NCBI GenBank assembly: GCA_963816395.1
Contig: CAWFKQ010000010.1
Location: 160,001-224,000, forward strand
Direction: 5' to 3'
DNA length: 64,000 nucleotides
Source: an uncultured delta proteobacterium
GTDB lineage: Bacteria; Desulfobacterota; Desulfuromonadia; Desulfuromonadales; JACZKF01
Positions 1 through 10,716 of the stretch are shown here, piece by piece (positions within the stretch are counted from its first letter, which is position 1; the number at the start of each line of letters is the position of its first letter). The notes beneath the pieces are model-generated. The model ran no database searches. It saw only the letters and a list, made by a program, of their open reading frames with translations, and was not told the origin of the DNA. The position numbers and the translations under genes were made by a program.

Positions 1-760
1 GTCCCTCAACGTTTTTCGCATGAAACTGCTGGGGGCCAAGGTGCACGGAGTCACCAGCGGCACCGCCACTTTGAAGGATGCGATGAACGAGGCGCTGCGC
101 CACTGGGTCACCCATGTGCGCGATACCTTTTACGTCATCGGCACGGTGGCCGGACCGCATCCTTATCCGATGATGGTGCGCGATTTCCAGTCGGTGATCG
201 GCCGCGAGGCCCGGGCGCAGATTCTGGAAGCCGAGGGACGGCTGCCGGATCTGGCGGTCGCCTGCGTCGGCGGCGGCTCCAATGCCATGGGGCTGTTTTA
301 TCCGTTTGTCGAAGATGCCGGGGTACGCCTGGTCGGTGTCGAGGCGGCCGGCCTGGGACTCGCCACCGGCAAGCACGCCGCCAGCATCTCCGCCGGCCGG
401 GTGGGGGTGCTGCACGGCAACAAGACGTTTCTGCTGCAGGATGCCAACGGCCAGATCGAGCATGCTCACTCCATCTCGGCCGGCCTCGACTATCCCGGCG
501 TCGGACCGGAACATGCCCACCTGCATGCAATCGGCCGGGCCGAGTACGTATCGATCACCGATGCCGAGGCCATGGAGGGATTCCAGTTGTTGACCCGGCT
601 GGAGGGGATTATCCCGGCCCTGGAGAGTTCCCATGCAGTGGCCCAGGTGATCAAGATGGCGCCCGCCCTGCCGAAAGAGCAGATCATCGTCGTCTGCCTT
701 TCCGGCCGTGGGGATAAGGACATTCACACCGTCGCCGAGGCGATGGGGGTGGAACTATAA
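1..760 (+). CDS. trpB: Tryptophan synthase beta chain (5' truncated by window edge)
   Basis: Motifs [47 protein letters not shown]. Confidence 0.97.
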   Translation, partial: SLNVFRMKLLGAKVHGVTSGTATLKDAMNEALRHWVTHVRDTFYVIGTVAGPHPYPMMVRDFQSVIGREARAQILEAEGRLPDLAVACVGGGSNAMGLFYPFVEDAGVRLVGVEAAGLGLATGKHAASISAGRVGVLHGNKTFLLQDANGQIEHAHSISAGLDYPGVGPEHAHLHAIGRAEYVSITDAEAMEGFQLLTRLEGIIPALESSHAVAQVIKMAPALPKEQIIVVCLSGRGDKDIHTVAEAMGVEL

Positions 761-833
761 ATTCAGGCGCGTGACTGGAGGCTGGAAGCTGGAGGAAAAT
801 GCCTCTTGCTCCCAGCCTCTCGCCTTTCGCCTG
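759..833. repeat. Intergenic palindrome built from 7-mer repeats (AGGCKRG-like)
   Basis: aggcgcg-tgactgg-aggctgg-aagctgg-agg / cct-cttgctc-ccagcct-ctcgcct-ttcgcct. Confidence 0.7.
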
Positions 834-851
834 GTTCTCTGAAGGAAAACC

Positions 852-2145
852 ATGAAATTCACTCAACTGGATCTTCCCGCAGAGGTCATGCAGGGTATCG
901 AGTCGGTCGGCTTCACCGAGTTGACGCCGGTGCAGGAAGAGTCGATTCCCCTGGCACTGGGCGGCAGAGATGTTGCCGCTCAGGCCCAGACCGGGACCGG
1001 TAAGACCGCCGCTTTCCTTATCTCCCTTTTTACCCGTCTGCTGCGCAGCGGCCGGAAAACCGGCAGCGATCCGCGTGCTCTGGTGATCGCTCCGACCCGC
1101 GAACTGGTTGTGCAGATCGCTGCCGACGCGCTTTCCCTGGGGGCTTTCTGTGGGCTGAAAATTCAGCCGATATTCGGTGGCGTCGATTATGAACGGCAGC
1201 GGCAGGCCTTGCGGGACGGGGTCGACATTATTATCGCCACCCCTGGGCAGGTTGATCGATTATGCGCGGCAGAAGGTCTTCTCTTTTAACCGGATCGAAT
1301 CGGTGGTGATCGACGAGGCCGATCGCATGTTCGATATGGGGTTCATCAAGGACCTGCGTTTCATCCTGCGCCGGCTGCCTCCTTTCGAAAAACGCCAGAC
1401 CATGCTTTTTTCCGCCACGCTGTCGCCACGGGTGATGGAACTTGCTTACGAATTCATGGACTTGGCGGAGAAGGTCCGTATTGAGCCGGAGCAGGTCACG
1501 GCCGAGCGGATCGAGCAGGTCCTCTATCATGCCTCTCGCCGGGAAAAATTCCCCCTGTTGCTGGGCCTGCTGCGTCAGGAGGAGATGGCGGCGCGGGTCC
1601 TCCTCTTCGTCAACACCAAAAAAGAGGCCGAGCACCTCACCGAGCGGCTGAAGGCCAACGATTTCAAGGCGGCGGTGATCTCCGGCGATATCCCGCAGAC
1701 CAAGCGGATGCGTATCCTGGAAGATTTCAAGAATGGCCGATTGGCTTTCCTGGTGGCCACCGATGTTGCCTCCCGCGGCCTGCATATCGAAGGGGTTACG
1801 CATGTGATCAACTATGATCTGCCGCAGGACCCCGAGGATTACGTACACCGGATCGGCCGCACCGCCCGTGCCGGGGCGGAGGGAAAGGCCATCAGCTTCG
1901 CCGATGAGGACCTGGTTTTTCATCTTCCCGATATCGAAGAGTTCATCGGCCGCAAGATCCCCAGTATCTTTCCTGAAGAAACCGATTTTTTCTGGGATTT
2001 TAAACGCGGCGTGCCGCGCAAGAAGGCGCCCGTCCCGGAGAAAACGGCGCACGCCGAAAAGCGCCCGCGCCGCCGCAAGCCGCGGCGCCACAGTGGCCCC
2101 GGAGGTGGGAAAAAGGGTGGGGAATCCAATCCGGGCGGGAGTTGA
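852..2145 (+). CDS. rhlB: DEAD-box ATP-dependent RNA helicase, RhlB-like (one +1 frameshift ~1247)
   Basis: Q motif, AQTGTGKT, PTREL, DEAD, SAT, HRIGRTAR split across ORFs 852-1289 and 1177-2145; basic C-terminal tail. Confidence 0.88.
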
Positions 2146-2156
2146 CGGGAGATGGA

Positions 2157-2676
2157 ATGCTGAAAAAAGCGACCATTCTCGCCGCGCTCCTGATCATCGC
2201 TTTCGGCGTTCTGATGGTGACGGCGCGGAATGCCAGCTTCGAGCGTCGAGACGCGGGCCGAAATCGGCAGGCCGCCGGCACAGATCTGGACGGTTCTGCT
2301 GGCCGTGCAGGACTGGCCGGACTGGTGGCCGGGGGTGGAAAAGGCAGCTATCGAATCCTCTTGGCAGCCGGGCGGCAGACTCACTCTTGTCCTGAAAAAA
2401 AACCCGGAAAGGAGCCTGGCGCGCATTACCGAGGTGCAGCGATCACGGGAGCTCGCCTGGACCCGGCAGGGGGTACTGGGAAGCTCCACCTTCACCCGCT
2501 GGCGGTTGCTGCCGACGGCAGTTGGAACCACGGTATATCTGGAGAGCCGGATTCGCGGGCCGCAGGCATTTCTTGCCCGCCTGACCGGGCGGAAAACTTT
2601 TGAGAAATATCAGCAAATGGTTCTGGAGAGTCTAAAAAGTCGCCTTGGTTCGTCGGCCGCCAAGGGGCATGCCTGA
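2157..2676 (+). CDS. SRPBCC (polyketide cyclase/START-like) family protein with N-terminal TM/signal (frameshift ~2240)
   Basis: Hydrophobic N-terminus, then VETRAEIGRPPAQIWTVL..VQDWPDWWPGV, typical of SRPBCC. Confidence 0.75.
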
Positions 2677-3353
2677 GATGTCCGATAGCGCCGATCTCAC
2701 CCATTGCTGCCGCTGCCCGCGGCTGCGGCAATTTATGAAACACCTGCCGCCGCGACGCGGACTGGTCCGCACCGATTACTGCAACCGGCCGGTTCCCGGT
2801 TTCGGCGACCCCCAGGCCCGTATCTGCCTGGTCGGCCTCGCCCCCGGCGCGCACGGCGCCAACCGTACCGGCCGTCCCTTCACCGGCGACGGTGCCGGTG
2901 ATTTCATGTACCCCCTGCTGCACCGGGTCGGGTCTGGCCAGCCAGGCGACGGCGACGCACGTCGGCGATGGGCTGACTCTGCGCGATCTCTTCATCACCA
3001 ACGCGGTCAAGTGCCTTCCTCCCGGCAATCGTCCGGAACCGGCGGAGTTTGCCGCCTGCCGCCCCTACCTGGCGGCCGATCTGGCCGCGCTGCCCCGCCT
3101 GCGGGTGGTGGTGGCGCTCGGTCAGGGAGCTTTCGTCAGCTTTCTGCGTCTGGCGCGGGAGCAGGGCGAGATCGGCCGCCTGGCCGACTATCCCTTCGCC
3201 CACGGGGCGGTATATGTGCTGCGCGGCGGGGTGAAACTGGTCGCCAGCTATCATACCAGCCGATATAACATTCAAACCGGCCGCCTCACCGAGGCGATGT
3301 TTCTGGCCCTGCTCGATCGGGTTCGGGCTCTGGCGGCGGGAGAAAACGATTGA
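2669..3353 (+). CDS. Uracil-DNA glycosylase, family 5 (UdgB-like, Fe-S) (frameshift ~2930)
   Basis: CCRCPRL, GLAPGAHGANRTGRPFTGD, TNAVKCLPPGNRP, YHTS. Confidence 0.88.
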
Positions 3354-3410
3354 AAACACCGGTCGCTTCATTTAGACTGTGCGAATTTGGCTTGGGGAAA
3401 AGATAATAAT

Positions 3411-4210
3411 ATGGGACGCATTGAGGCGGTTTTCGACCGGCTGCGCGAAGAGAACCAGGCGGCGTTGATCCCTTTCATCACCGCTGGCGATCCAGACCTG
3501 CGAAACCACCGAGGCGCTTCTTTACGCCTTGGTCGAAGCCGGTGCCGATCTGATCGAGCTGGGTTTTCCCTTTTCCGATCCGATGGCCGACGGTCCTACC
3601 ATCCAGGCCGCCTCGGAACGGGCTCTGGCGGGGGGCACCACGCTGGAAGGAGTTTTGGCGCTGGTGGCCAGGGTGCGCCGGCACACCCACGGTTCCCATT
3701 ATTCTGATGGGCTACTATAATCCGCTCTTCCATTACGGCCCGGAGCGTTTCGCCCGGAAAGCGGCAACGGCCGGGGTGGACGGACTCTTACTGGTCGATC
3801 TGCCTCCCGAGGAAGCGGATGAAATTCACGGATTCCTGCACCAGGCCGGCATCCGTCTGATCACCCTTCTCGCGCCGACTTCGCCGCCAAAGCGGCGGCA
3901 AGCCCTGGCGGCGGGAAGTGAGGGGTATCTCTACTATGTCTCAATGACCGGCGTAACAGGGGTACAGCAGGTCGATGCTGGCGCCATCCGGGAAGAGGTG
4001 CTGACATTGCGCCGCGATTCGCCCGTGCCGGTGGCCGTCGGCTTCGGCATCGCTTCTCCGGCCGAGGCGGCAGCGGTGGCTGCCTTTGCCGATGCGGTAG
4101 TGGTGGGAAGCGCCCTGGTAAAGATTATCGCGGCCCATGGCCGTACGCCGGAGTTGCTGCCGCAGGTCAGGCAATTTATCCGAGCCCTTCGGGAAAAAAT
4201 GGTCAGATGA
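3411..4210 (+). CDS. trpA: Tryptophan synthase alpha chain (frameshifts ~3500, ~3690)
   Basis: [45 protein letters not shown] across three ORFs. Confidence 0.95.
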
Positions 4211-4250
4211 CGTTCCCGCCGTCGAGGGCGTGGAGAAAGACAGGGGGGCC

Positions 4251-5015
4251 ATGGAAATTCGGGTACTCGGGAGTTGCGGCTCGCGGCTGGGGGGGTGTCA
4301 GACCAGCAGTTTTTTGATTAACGGTCGTTTGCTCCTCGATGCCGGGACCATAGCTTCGGTTCTGTCCCTGGAAGAGCAGATCGCCGTAGAAGACGTGCTG
4401 TTGACACACGCCCACCTCGATCATGTAGCCGATCTGCCCTTCCTGATCGACAACGTCATGATCCGCCGCGCCGCACCTTTGCGGGTCTGGGCTCCGGCAC
4501 CGGTATTGCAGGCGCTGCAGGATCACCTGTTCAACGATATCCTCTGGCCCGATTTCACCCGACTGCCGTCAACTGCCGCCCCTGCCTTGCAGTTGGTTCC
4601 CCTGGAACCCGGAGCGGAGACCCGGCTCGGCGCGCTACGCGTACGCTGGACGCAGACCCGGCACCCGGTGCCGAGTGCCGGCTATTGCCTGACGGAGGGG
4701 AAGACGACCATTCTCTTCTCCGGCGATACCGCGCCCACCGAGGATTTATGGAATCTGGCGCGCAGCTGTCCGCATCTGAAGGCGGCGTTTATCGAGACTA
4801 CTTTTCCGGACCGCCTGTCGGAGTTGGCTATGGTGAGCGGACATCTGACCCCGGCCAGTCTGCAGGGGGAACTGGAAAAACTGGCACGACCGGCTGTTCC
4901 GGTGAAGGTATTTCATGCCAAGGCGCAGTTCCTGGAGGAAATCCTCGCGGAACTGAATGATTTGCACAATGAGCGTCTGCAGGTGCTGGGGGGAGGAGAG
5001 GAATTTTCCTTTTGA
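4251..5015 (+). CDS. MBL-fold hydrolase, class II 3',5'-cyclic-nucleotide phosphodiesterase-like
   Basis: LLDAGT, THAHLDH, HLFNDILWPDF, FSGDT, GHLTP. Confidence 0.8.
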   Translation: MEIRVLGSCGSRLGGCQTSSFLINGRLLLDAGTIASVLSLEEQIAVEDVLLTHAHLDHVADLPFLIDNVMIRRAAPLRVWAPAPVLQALQDHLFNDILWPDFTRLPSTAAPALQLVPLEPGAETRLGALRVRWTQTRHPVPSAGYCLTEGKTTILFSGDTAPTEDLWNLARSCPHLKAAFIETTFPDRLSELAMVSGHLTPASLQGELEKLARPAVPVKVFHAKAQFLEEILAELNDLHNERLQVLGGGEEFSF

Positions 5016-5051
5016 CCTCTGGAGACCCTTGCGAAAACGACGAGGTTAAGG

Positions 5052-5900
5052 ATGGCCTGGTTCAAAAAATCGAAAGCGCCGATTGCGCCGGTTGAGACGA
5101 AAAAAGTGCAGATGCCCGAGGGGCTCTGGACCAAGTGCAAGAACTGCAATGAGATCATCTATACCAAGGAAATCGAGCGCAACCTGAACGTCTGCCCCAA
5201 ATGCGATTATCATTTTCGCATCAGTGCCCGGGAGCGTCTCGCCCTGGTGCTTGACAGCGACTCCTTCCTGGAGATGGACGCCGGCATGCAGTCGGTGGAT
5301 TTTCTCGAGTTCAAGGATTCAAAAAGATACCGGGAGCGGATCAAGGCTGCCGCCAAAAAGAGCGGCGGCGGGGATGCCGTGATCTGCGGCGAGGGGACCA
5401 TCAACGGCCTGCCGGTGGCGATCTGCGTCTTCGATTTCGGCTACATGGGAGGCAGCATGGGGTCGGTGGTCGGAGAGAAGATAACCCGGGCGATTGAGAA
5501 AGGGCTGGAGAAGCGGGAGCCGGTGATCGTCTTCTCTTCATCGGGCGGCGCCCGTATGCAGGAAAGCATCCTCTCCCTGATGCAGATGGCCAAGACCAGT
5601 GCCGCCCTGGCCAGACTTAAGGCCGCGGGTATCCCTTTCATCTCCGTTCTCACCGACCCGACTACCGGAGGCGTTACTGCCAGCTTTGCCATGCTCGGCG
5701 ACATCAACATGGCCGAGCCGCGGGCGCTGATCGGTTTCGCCGGCCCGCGGGTGATCGAACAGACGATTCGCCAGAAACTGCCGGAGGGTTTTCAGCGTTC
5801 CGAGTACCTGCTGGAACACGGCATGGTGGATATGATCGTCCGTCGGCAGGAGATGAAAGAGCGATTGTCCCAGATCCTGCGCATTTTCACAAAGAACTGA
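5052..5900 (+). CDS. accD: Acetyl-CoA carboxylase carboxyltransferase beta subunit
   Basis: WTKCKNC...CPKC zinc finger, [29 protein letters not shown]. Confidence 0.97.
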   Translation: MAWFKKSKAPIAPVETKKVQMPEGLWTKCKNCNEIIYTKEIERNLNVCPKCDYHFRISARERLALVLDSDSFLEMDAGMQSVDFLEFKDSKRYRERIKAAAKKSGGGDAVICGEGTINGLPVAICVFDFGYMGGSMGSVVGEKITRAIEKGLEKREPVIVFSSSGGARMQESILSLMQMAKTSAALARLKAAGIPFISVLTDPTTGGVTASFAMLGDINMAEPRALIGFAGPRVIEQTIRQKLPEGFQRSEYLLEHGMVDMIVRRQEMKERLSQILRIFTKN

Positions 5901-5905
5901 CACCT

Positions 5906-7180
5906 GTGGACTATCGGGAAAGTCTGGATTACCTATATGGACTCCAGCGGTTCGGGATCAAACTCGGGCTGGAGAACATCCGGTCTCTCCTCCAACGTCT
6001 GGGGCATCCCGAGCTCGGCTATCCCATCCTCCACGTCGGCGGCAGCAACGGCAAGGGATCGGTTGCCGCCGGCCTGGCGGAAATCCTGACTCGGGGCGGC
6101 TATCGCACCGGCCTTTATACCTCCCCCCATCTGCATTCCTTCACCGAGCGCATCCGCATCGGTGGCACCGCCATCGCCGAAGCGGAAGTCGCCGCCCTTG
6201 CCGGCGAGATTCGCTGTGCCGCCGATAATATCCCTGCAACCTTCTTCGAGTTCACCACCGCCCTGGCACTCCTGTATTTCCACCAGCAGAAGGTCGATTT
6301 TGCCGTGATCGAAGTCGGCATGGGGGGGCGTTTAGATGCTACCAACGCGATACTGCCACGGGTGGCGGTAATCACATCCGCTCTGCCGTGACCATTCGGA
6401 GCACCTGGGAGCCGACCTGTCTGCCATTGCCGGAGAGAAGGGAGGGATCATTAAAGCCGGGGTGCCGGTGGTTATCGCCCGCCAGGCGCCGGCGGCCTGC
6501 CGCGTGCTGGATGATCTGGCCCGACGGCGCCAGGCGCCGGCCTTCTTCTGTGGCCAGGATTTCACCCTGGTCTCGGAGGCGGACCGCTTTTCCTTCCAGG
6601 GACTTGGACTTGCCCTGGAATCTCTGCGGCCTGGCTTGCCCGGGCGGCATCAGCATGAGAATCTCTCCCTGGCCCTTGCCGCCGCTGCCCTGCTGCGCCG
6701 GCAAGGGATCAATCTGCCGGAAGCGGCTCTGCGCGAGGGAGTCGAGCGGGTGTTCTGGCCCGGGCGCCTGGAGTGGTGGAACGGCGGCCGGGAGATTCTG
6801 CTCGATGGGGCGCATAACGAAGGGGGCGCCCGCGTTCTCGCCGATTATCTTGCTTCCCTGAATACGACCGGGGTGCGCTGGGTGGTTGGAATCAAGGGGG
6901 ATAAGCGGGTGGAGGATATTCTGGAGCCTCTCCTGCCGTACTGCAGCGCACTCTACTGCACGGCCCCGCCCATCCCCGAGGCGGTACCGCGCGGCTGGGC
7001 TGCAGCGGATGGCACAGCTAGCCGGCCGGCCGGCTGCCGTTTTCGCCGAGGCGGCGAGCGCTCTGGAGGCGGCGCTGAGAGAGCGGCAGCCGGGGGAGAT
7101 TGTCCTGGTCGCCGGTTCGCTCTTTCTGGTCGCCGCCGCTCGCGAAGCTCTCCTAGCAGCGGGAAAGGATTCCGGCATGA
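5906..7180 (+). CDS. folC: Folylpolyglutamate synthase/dihydrofolate synthase (frameshifts ~6376, ~6990, ~7160)
   Basis: GSNGKGS, YTSPHL, EVGMGGRLDATN, WPGRLE, LDGAHN, AGSLFLV. Confidence 0.93.
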
Positions 7181-9299
7181 GAGGGCGGTGGCCGATCTTC
7201 TCCTGGCTGGCGCTGCTTCTCCTGCTGGCCGTCCCGGCTCCCGCCCTGGCGATCGGCGAAACTCTGCGCGGAGCGTCGCCGGTCGATCTTGCCGCGGACG
7301 AGCTCAGCTATGACAAGCCGAGCGAAACCTGGCGGGCCCGCGGGGATGTCCGACTGCAGAAGGGGGATCTCACCTTACTCTCGGATCTGGTCCGGTGGGA
7401 TCCGGGCACCGGCCAAGCGGAGGCGGTCGGCCACGTCCGACTGACCAGCCCGGAGGCGATAACCGAAGGTGAGGACCTGAGCATCAATATGGAGAGCGGG
7501 ACCGGTCGCCTGAGTAATGGCCGCATTCTTCTGCGGGAGACCAATTATCGGATTGCCGGTAAGGAAATCGATCGCCTGGGGGAGAACCGTTACAGGGTAA
7601 CCGACGGCACTTTCACCACCTGCGAGGGTCGAGCCGCCGGCCTGGAAATTCTCCGCCCGCCGGCTGGATGTCACTCTCGGCAGTTATGCCCTGGCGCGCC
7701 GGGTTTTATTCTATCTGTATGATGTCCCGGTCTTCTACACCCCTTTTCTGGCTTACCCGGTAAAAACCGAACGGGAATCGGGTTTCCTCATGCCGCGCGT
7801 CGGCTCTTCCAATCGCCGCGGCTTCCAGTTCTCACTGGCCTGGTATCAGGTAATCGATCGCAACCTGGATGCTACCATCCATCTCGATTATTATTCCAAG
7901 CTCGGCATTGGCAAGGGGCTGGAGTATCGCTATATCGCCGGAAAGGAAAACGAGGGGTTATTCCACCTTTACCACGTGACCGGCCTGCAGTCGGCCAAGG
8001 ACCGCTATGCTTTTGATTGGCGTCACAGCGGACAGTTGCCCGGCGACATTAGGCTGGCCGCCGATGTGCTGTACGTCAGCAGCCGGGATTATTTCAAGGA
8101 TTTTGGCGAGGTCGCCGGAGAATACAACAAGGATGAGGCCCAGTCGATCATCTGGGCCGGTCACAACTGGCATTCTGCCAATCTGGCTGGCCAACTCAGG
8201 TACACCAAAAACCTGGAGGCTCCTAACGACCAGACCTTGCAGAAACTGCCGCAGGCGGTCTTTACCGCCCTGCCGTACCGTCTAGGGGAGATGCCCTTCT
8301 ATTTGGCGCTTCAGTCTGGTTATACCTATTTCTGGCGGCAGGAAGGGTCGACCGGCCAGCGTCTCACCTACCGGCCGGAGCTTTCTGCGGTCTTCCAGCC
8401 CGGGGGGCTGCTCGAAATCCGGCCGGCTATCGGCTACCGCGAGCGGCTCTACTGGATTGAGGGTGAGGGATCCGGGTCCGAACAGGATGGCCTTGCCGAT
8501 TTTTCCACCCGCCTCTCCACCCGCTTCAGCCGGGTTTTCGCAGTCGCCGGAGAGAAGATACGAAGATACGCCACAGCATCGAACCCGAACTCACCTATCT
8601 TTATATCCCCGCCGAAGATCAGTCGAGACTTCCGCAATTCGATACCCTGGATACCATTGAACCGGCGAATCGGCTCGAGTATGCCTTGGTCAATCGCCTG
8701 GTGGCCCGCCTGGAAACTCCCGAAGGCGAACCCTATTATCACGAATTTCCTTTATCTACGCCTTTCGCAGGGATATGATATCAGGGAGGAACGGCGAGAT
8801 TCCGACCCAGGCAGCAAACAGCACCCCTTTACGCCCTTGCGGGCGGAGTTGACCCTTCGCCCCAATACCTGGAGCTACCTCGACCTGCTTTATAACATAA
8901 ATGCGGGGGGCGGCAGTTTCACCGACCGGATCATGCCGGCCAGCAGTCTCGCCAACCAATTAACGACGGTCAGCGCCCGTTCCGGAGTGCGGGACAGTGC
9001 CGGTAATGGATTCGCCCTTGATTACCAATATCAGGAGAATACCCTTGACTACCTGGGCGCCACCGTTGATATCGCCTGGCTGCGTCCGGTTTACCTGAAT
9101 TATCAGCAGCGGCAGGACCTCAAGGCCGGCCGGGTGCTGGAAAGACTGCTGAATCTGGAGTATCGGGCTCAGTGCTGGAGCCTTTTTCTGACCTTGCGGG
9201 ACCGTCTGGAGGGGACTGAATACCTGGTCTCCTTTGCCCTCTCCGGGCGTGGGCAGGGTAACCGGTCTCGGTGGTCGACTGGGTGGACCTACCGACTGA
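7177..9299 (+). CDS. lptD: LPS-assembly protein LptD (frameshifts ~7630, ~8560, ~8745, ~9245)
   Basis: Signal peptide, OstA-like N-domain (ADELSYD, GTFTTC), RESGFLMP, beta-barrel strands, C-terminal YRAQCWS; position after folC. Confidence 0.85.
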
Positions 9300-9478
9300 C
9301 TCATCCGATAAAGATTGATTTTTCCGATGTTTCATGCTACGCGATTAGAGGTTTAATTCATTTAATAACTATCTTTGTCATGCGCATTCCCGGCCCTGGA
9401 GAAAAATTTAGGGGAAAGGAGGCAGGGGGGGGCATCAGGGGACCGGGTGTTATCAAAAACCCGTAAAAGGAGGGACTC

Positions 9479-9776
9479 ATGAAAAACTTAATGGTATTGT
9501 TGCTGGCAGCTATTTGTCTCATGCTGTCTATGCCGCCGTTCGCCGGGGCTGCCGACCGGCAAGTGGTGAAAACGGCTGCCCACCAAATCAACATCAACAC
9601 GGCTACTGCCGGAGAGCTTGCAAATGCTCCCCGGTATTGGCAAGGTGAATGCCGGCGAAATTATCCAGTACCGGACTGCGCACGGCAAATTCACCAGCCC
9701 CGATGACCTGGTAAAAGTCAAAGGGATCGGGGCCAAAACGGTGGAGAAGATCCGGGGAATGATTATCGTACAGTGA
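9479..9776 (+). CDS. comEA: ComEA-family helix-hairpin-helix DNA-binding protein, secreted (frameshift ~9620)
   Basis: Signal peptide, ININTATAGEL, LPGIG, VKGIGAKT; RBS aggagg. Confidence 0.85.
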
Positions 9777-9781
9777 GCGAC

Positions 9782-9811
9782 GCGCCCGCCGGATAACCGG
9801 CGGGCGCTTTT
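9782..9811 (+). terminator. Rho-independent terminator
   Basis: gcgcccgccgg-ataa-ccggcgggcgc followed by tttt. Confidence 0.85.
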
Positions 9812-9840
9812 CCCTTGGCCATTGACCGTCCAGGAAACCG

Positions 9841-10212
9841 ATGCCCGCGCCAGATACCGCTTCTGACTCCAACTCTTTCCACAAGTTGCCAATGCTGCCG
9901 GTGCTGTTGATCCTGCTCCTGCTCGGCGTCGCCATTTTTGGTCATCGAGGGCTTCTGCGCGCCTTGCAGTTCAGCCGGCAAAAAGCCTCTCTCGAGACAC
10001 AGGTAAGAGATCTGGAGAAAACAAATGCCGAACTGCGCCGGGAAATTGAGGCGCTGCGTTCGGATCGCCGGACCATCGAGGGGATTGCCCGTCGGGAGTT
10101 GGGGATGGTCAAGGAGGATGAAATCGTCTATCAGTTCCGGTCGGTGCCGAAAGAGAGGGGCGCACCGGGGGAGGGCAAAACCGGGATGGTCTCAGGAACG
10201 GAAGGAGAATGA
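9841..10212 (+). CDS. ftsB: Septum formation initiator FtsB/DivIC
   Basis: TM helix, coiled coil, [21 protein letters not shown]. Confidence 0.88.
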   Translation: MPAPDTASDSNSFHKLPMLPVLLILLLLGVAIFGHRGLLRALQFSRQKASLETQVRDLEKTNAELRREIEALRSDRRTIEGIARRELGMVKEDEIVYQFRSVPKERGAPGEGKTGMVSGTEGE

Positions 10213-10421
10213 GGGTGCAGACGAAAGTCGGGAGGATCAAATGGTTCAATAATATAAAAGGCTACGGGTTTATCGCCCAGGATGAAGGTGAGGACGTTTT
10301 TGTCCATTTCTCCGCTATTCGGATGGAAGGCTACAAAACCCTCAACGAAGGGGCGGAAGTCACGTATGAAGTCGCCCACGGCCCGAAAGGGCTGCAGGCG
10401 GTGAATGTCTATCCTAAATGA
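10209..10421 (+). CDS. Cold-shock protein
   Basis: [31 protein letters not shown]. Confidence 0.95.
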   Translation: MRVQTKVGRIKWFNNIKGYGFIAQDEGEDVFVHFSAIRMEGYKTLNEGAEVTYEVAHGPKGLQAVNVYPK

Positions 10422-10446
10422 TATAAATACTCCGGAAATTACCCTG

Positions 10447-10474
10447 CGCCCCGGCTCCGCCGGGGCTTTATTTT
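10447..10474 (+). terminator. Rho-independent terminator
   Basis: gccccggc-tcc-gccggggc followed by tttatttt. Confidence 0.75.
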
Positions 10475-10499
10475 CAGCCGGTTGATCTCCTGGCCTTTC

Positions 10500-10529
10500 T
10501 TGACAGCGGCGAAGCAGAGAGGATAACAT
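10500..10529 (+). promoter_or_regulatory. Putative sigma70 promoter of argS
   Basis: TTGACA-N18-TAACAT. Confidence 0.55.
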
Positions 10530-10716
10530 ACGCTCTCAGCCGCTGGCCTGGGAGTTTATCGACATCTTATGCCGCCTCTAGCTATCACTGTGCGTCTGGT
10601 GCGGCAACTGGCATCATGAGATTATTTCGCCTGCATTTACCCATTTCATCGAAACTTCGCTGCTGCGCCGGGAAATCGGCCGGCGCGGATTACTCACCGA
10701 GGAAGACTGTATTCTG

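Noticed and set aside
6886..7722. Apparent FolC-LptD fusion ORF
   Set aside because: Removing one base near 7160 restores a folC stop overlapping the lptD start (ATGA 7177-7180). LptD needs its own signal peptide.
10530..10716. Possible T-box or riboswitch in the long argS leader
   Set aside because: No T-box core (GGTGGNACC), no terminator/antiterminator pair and no recognisable riboswitch motif.
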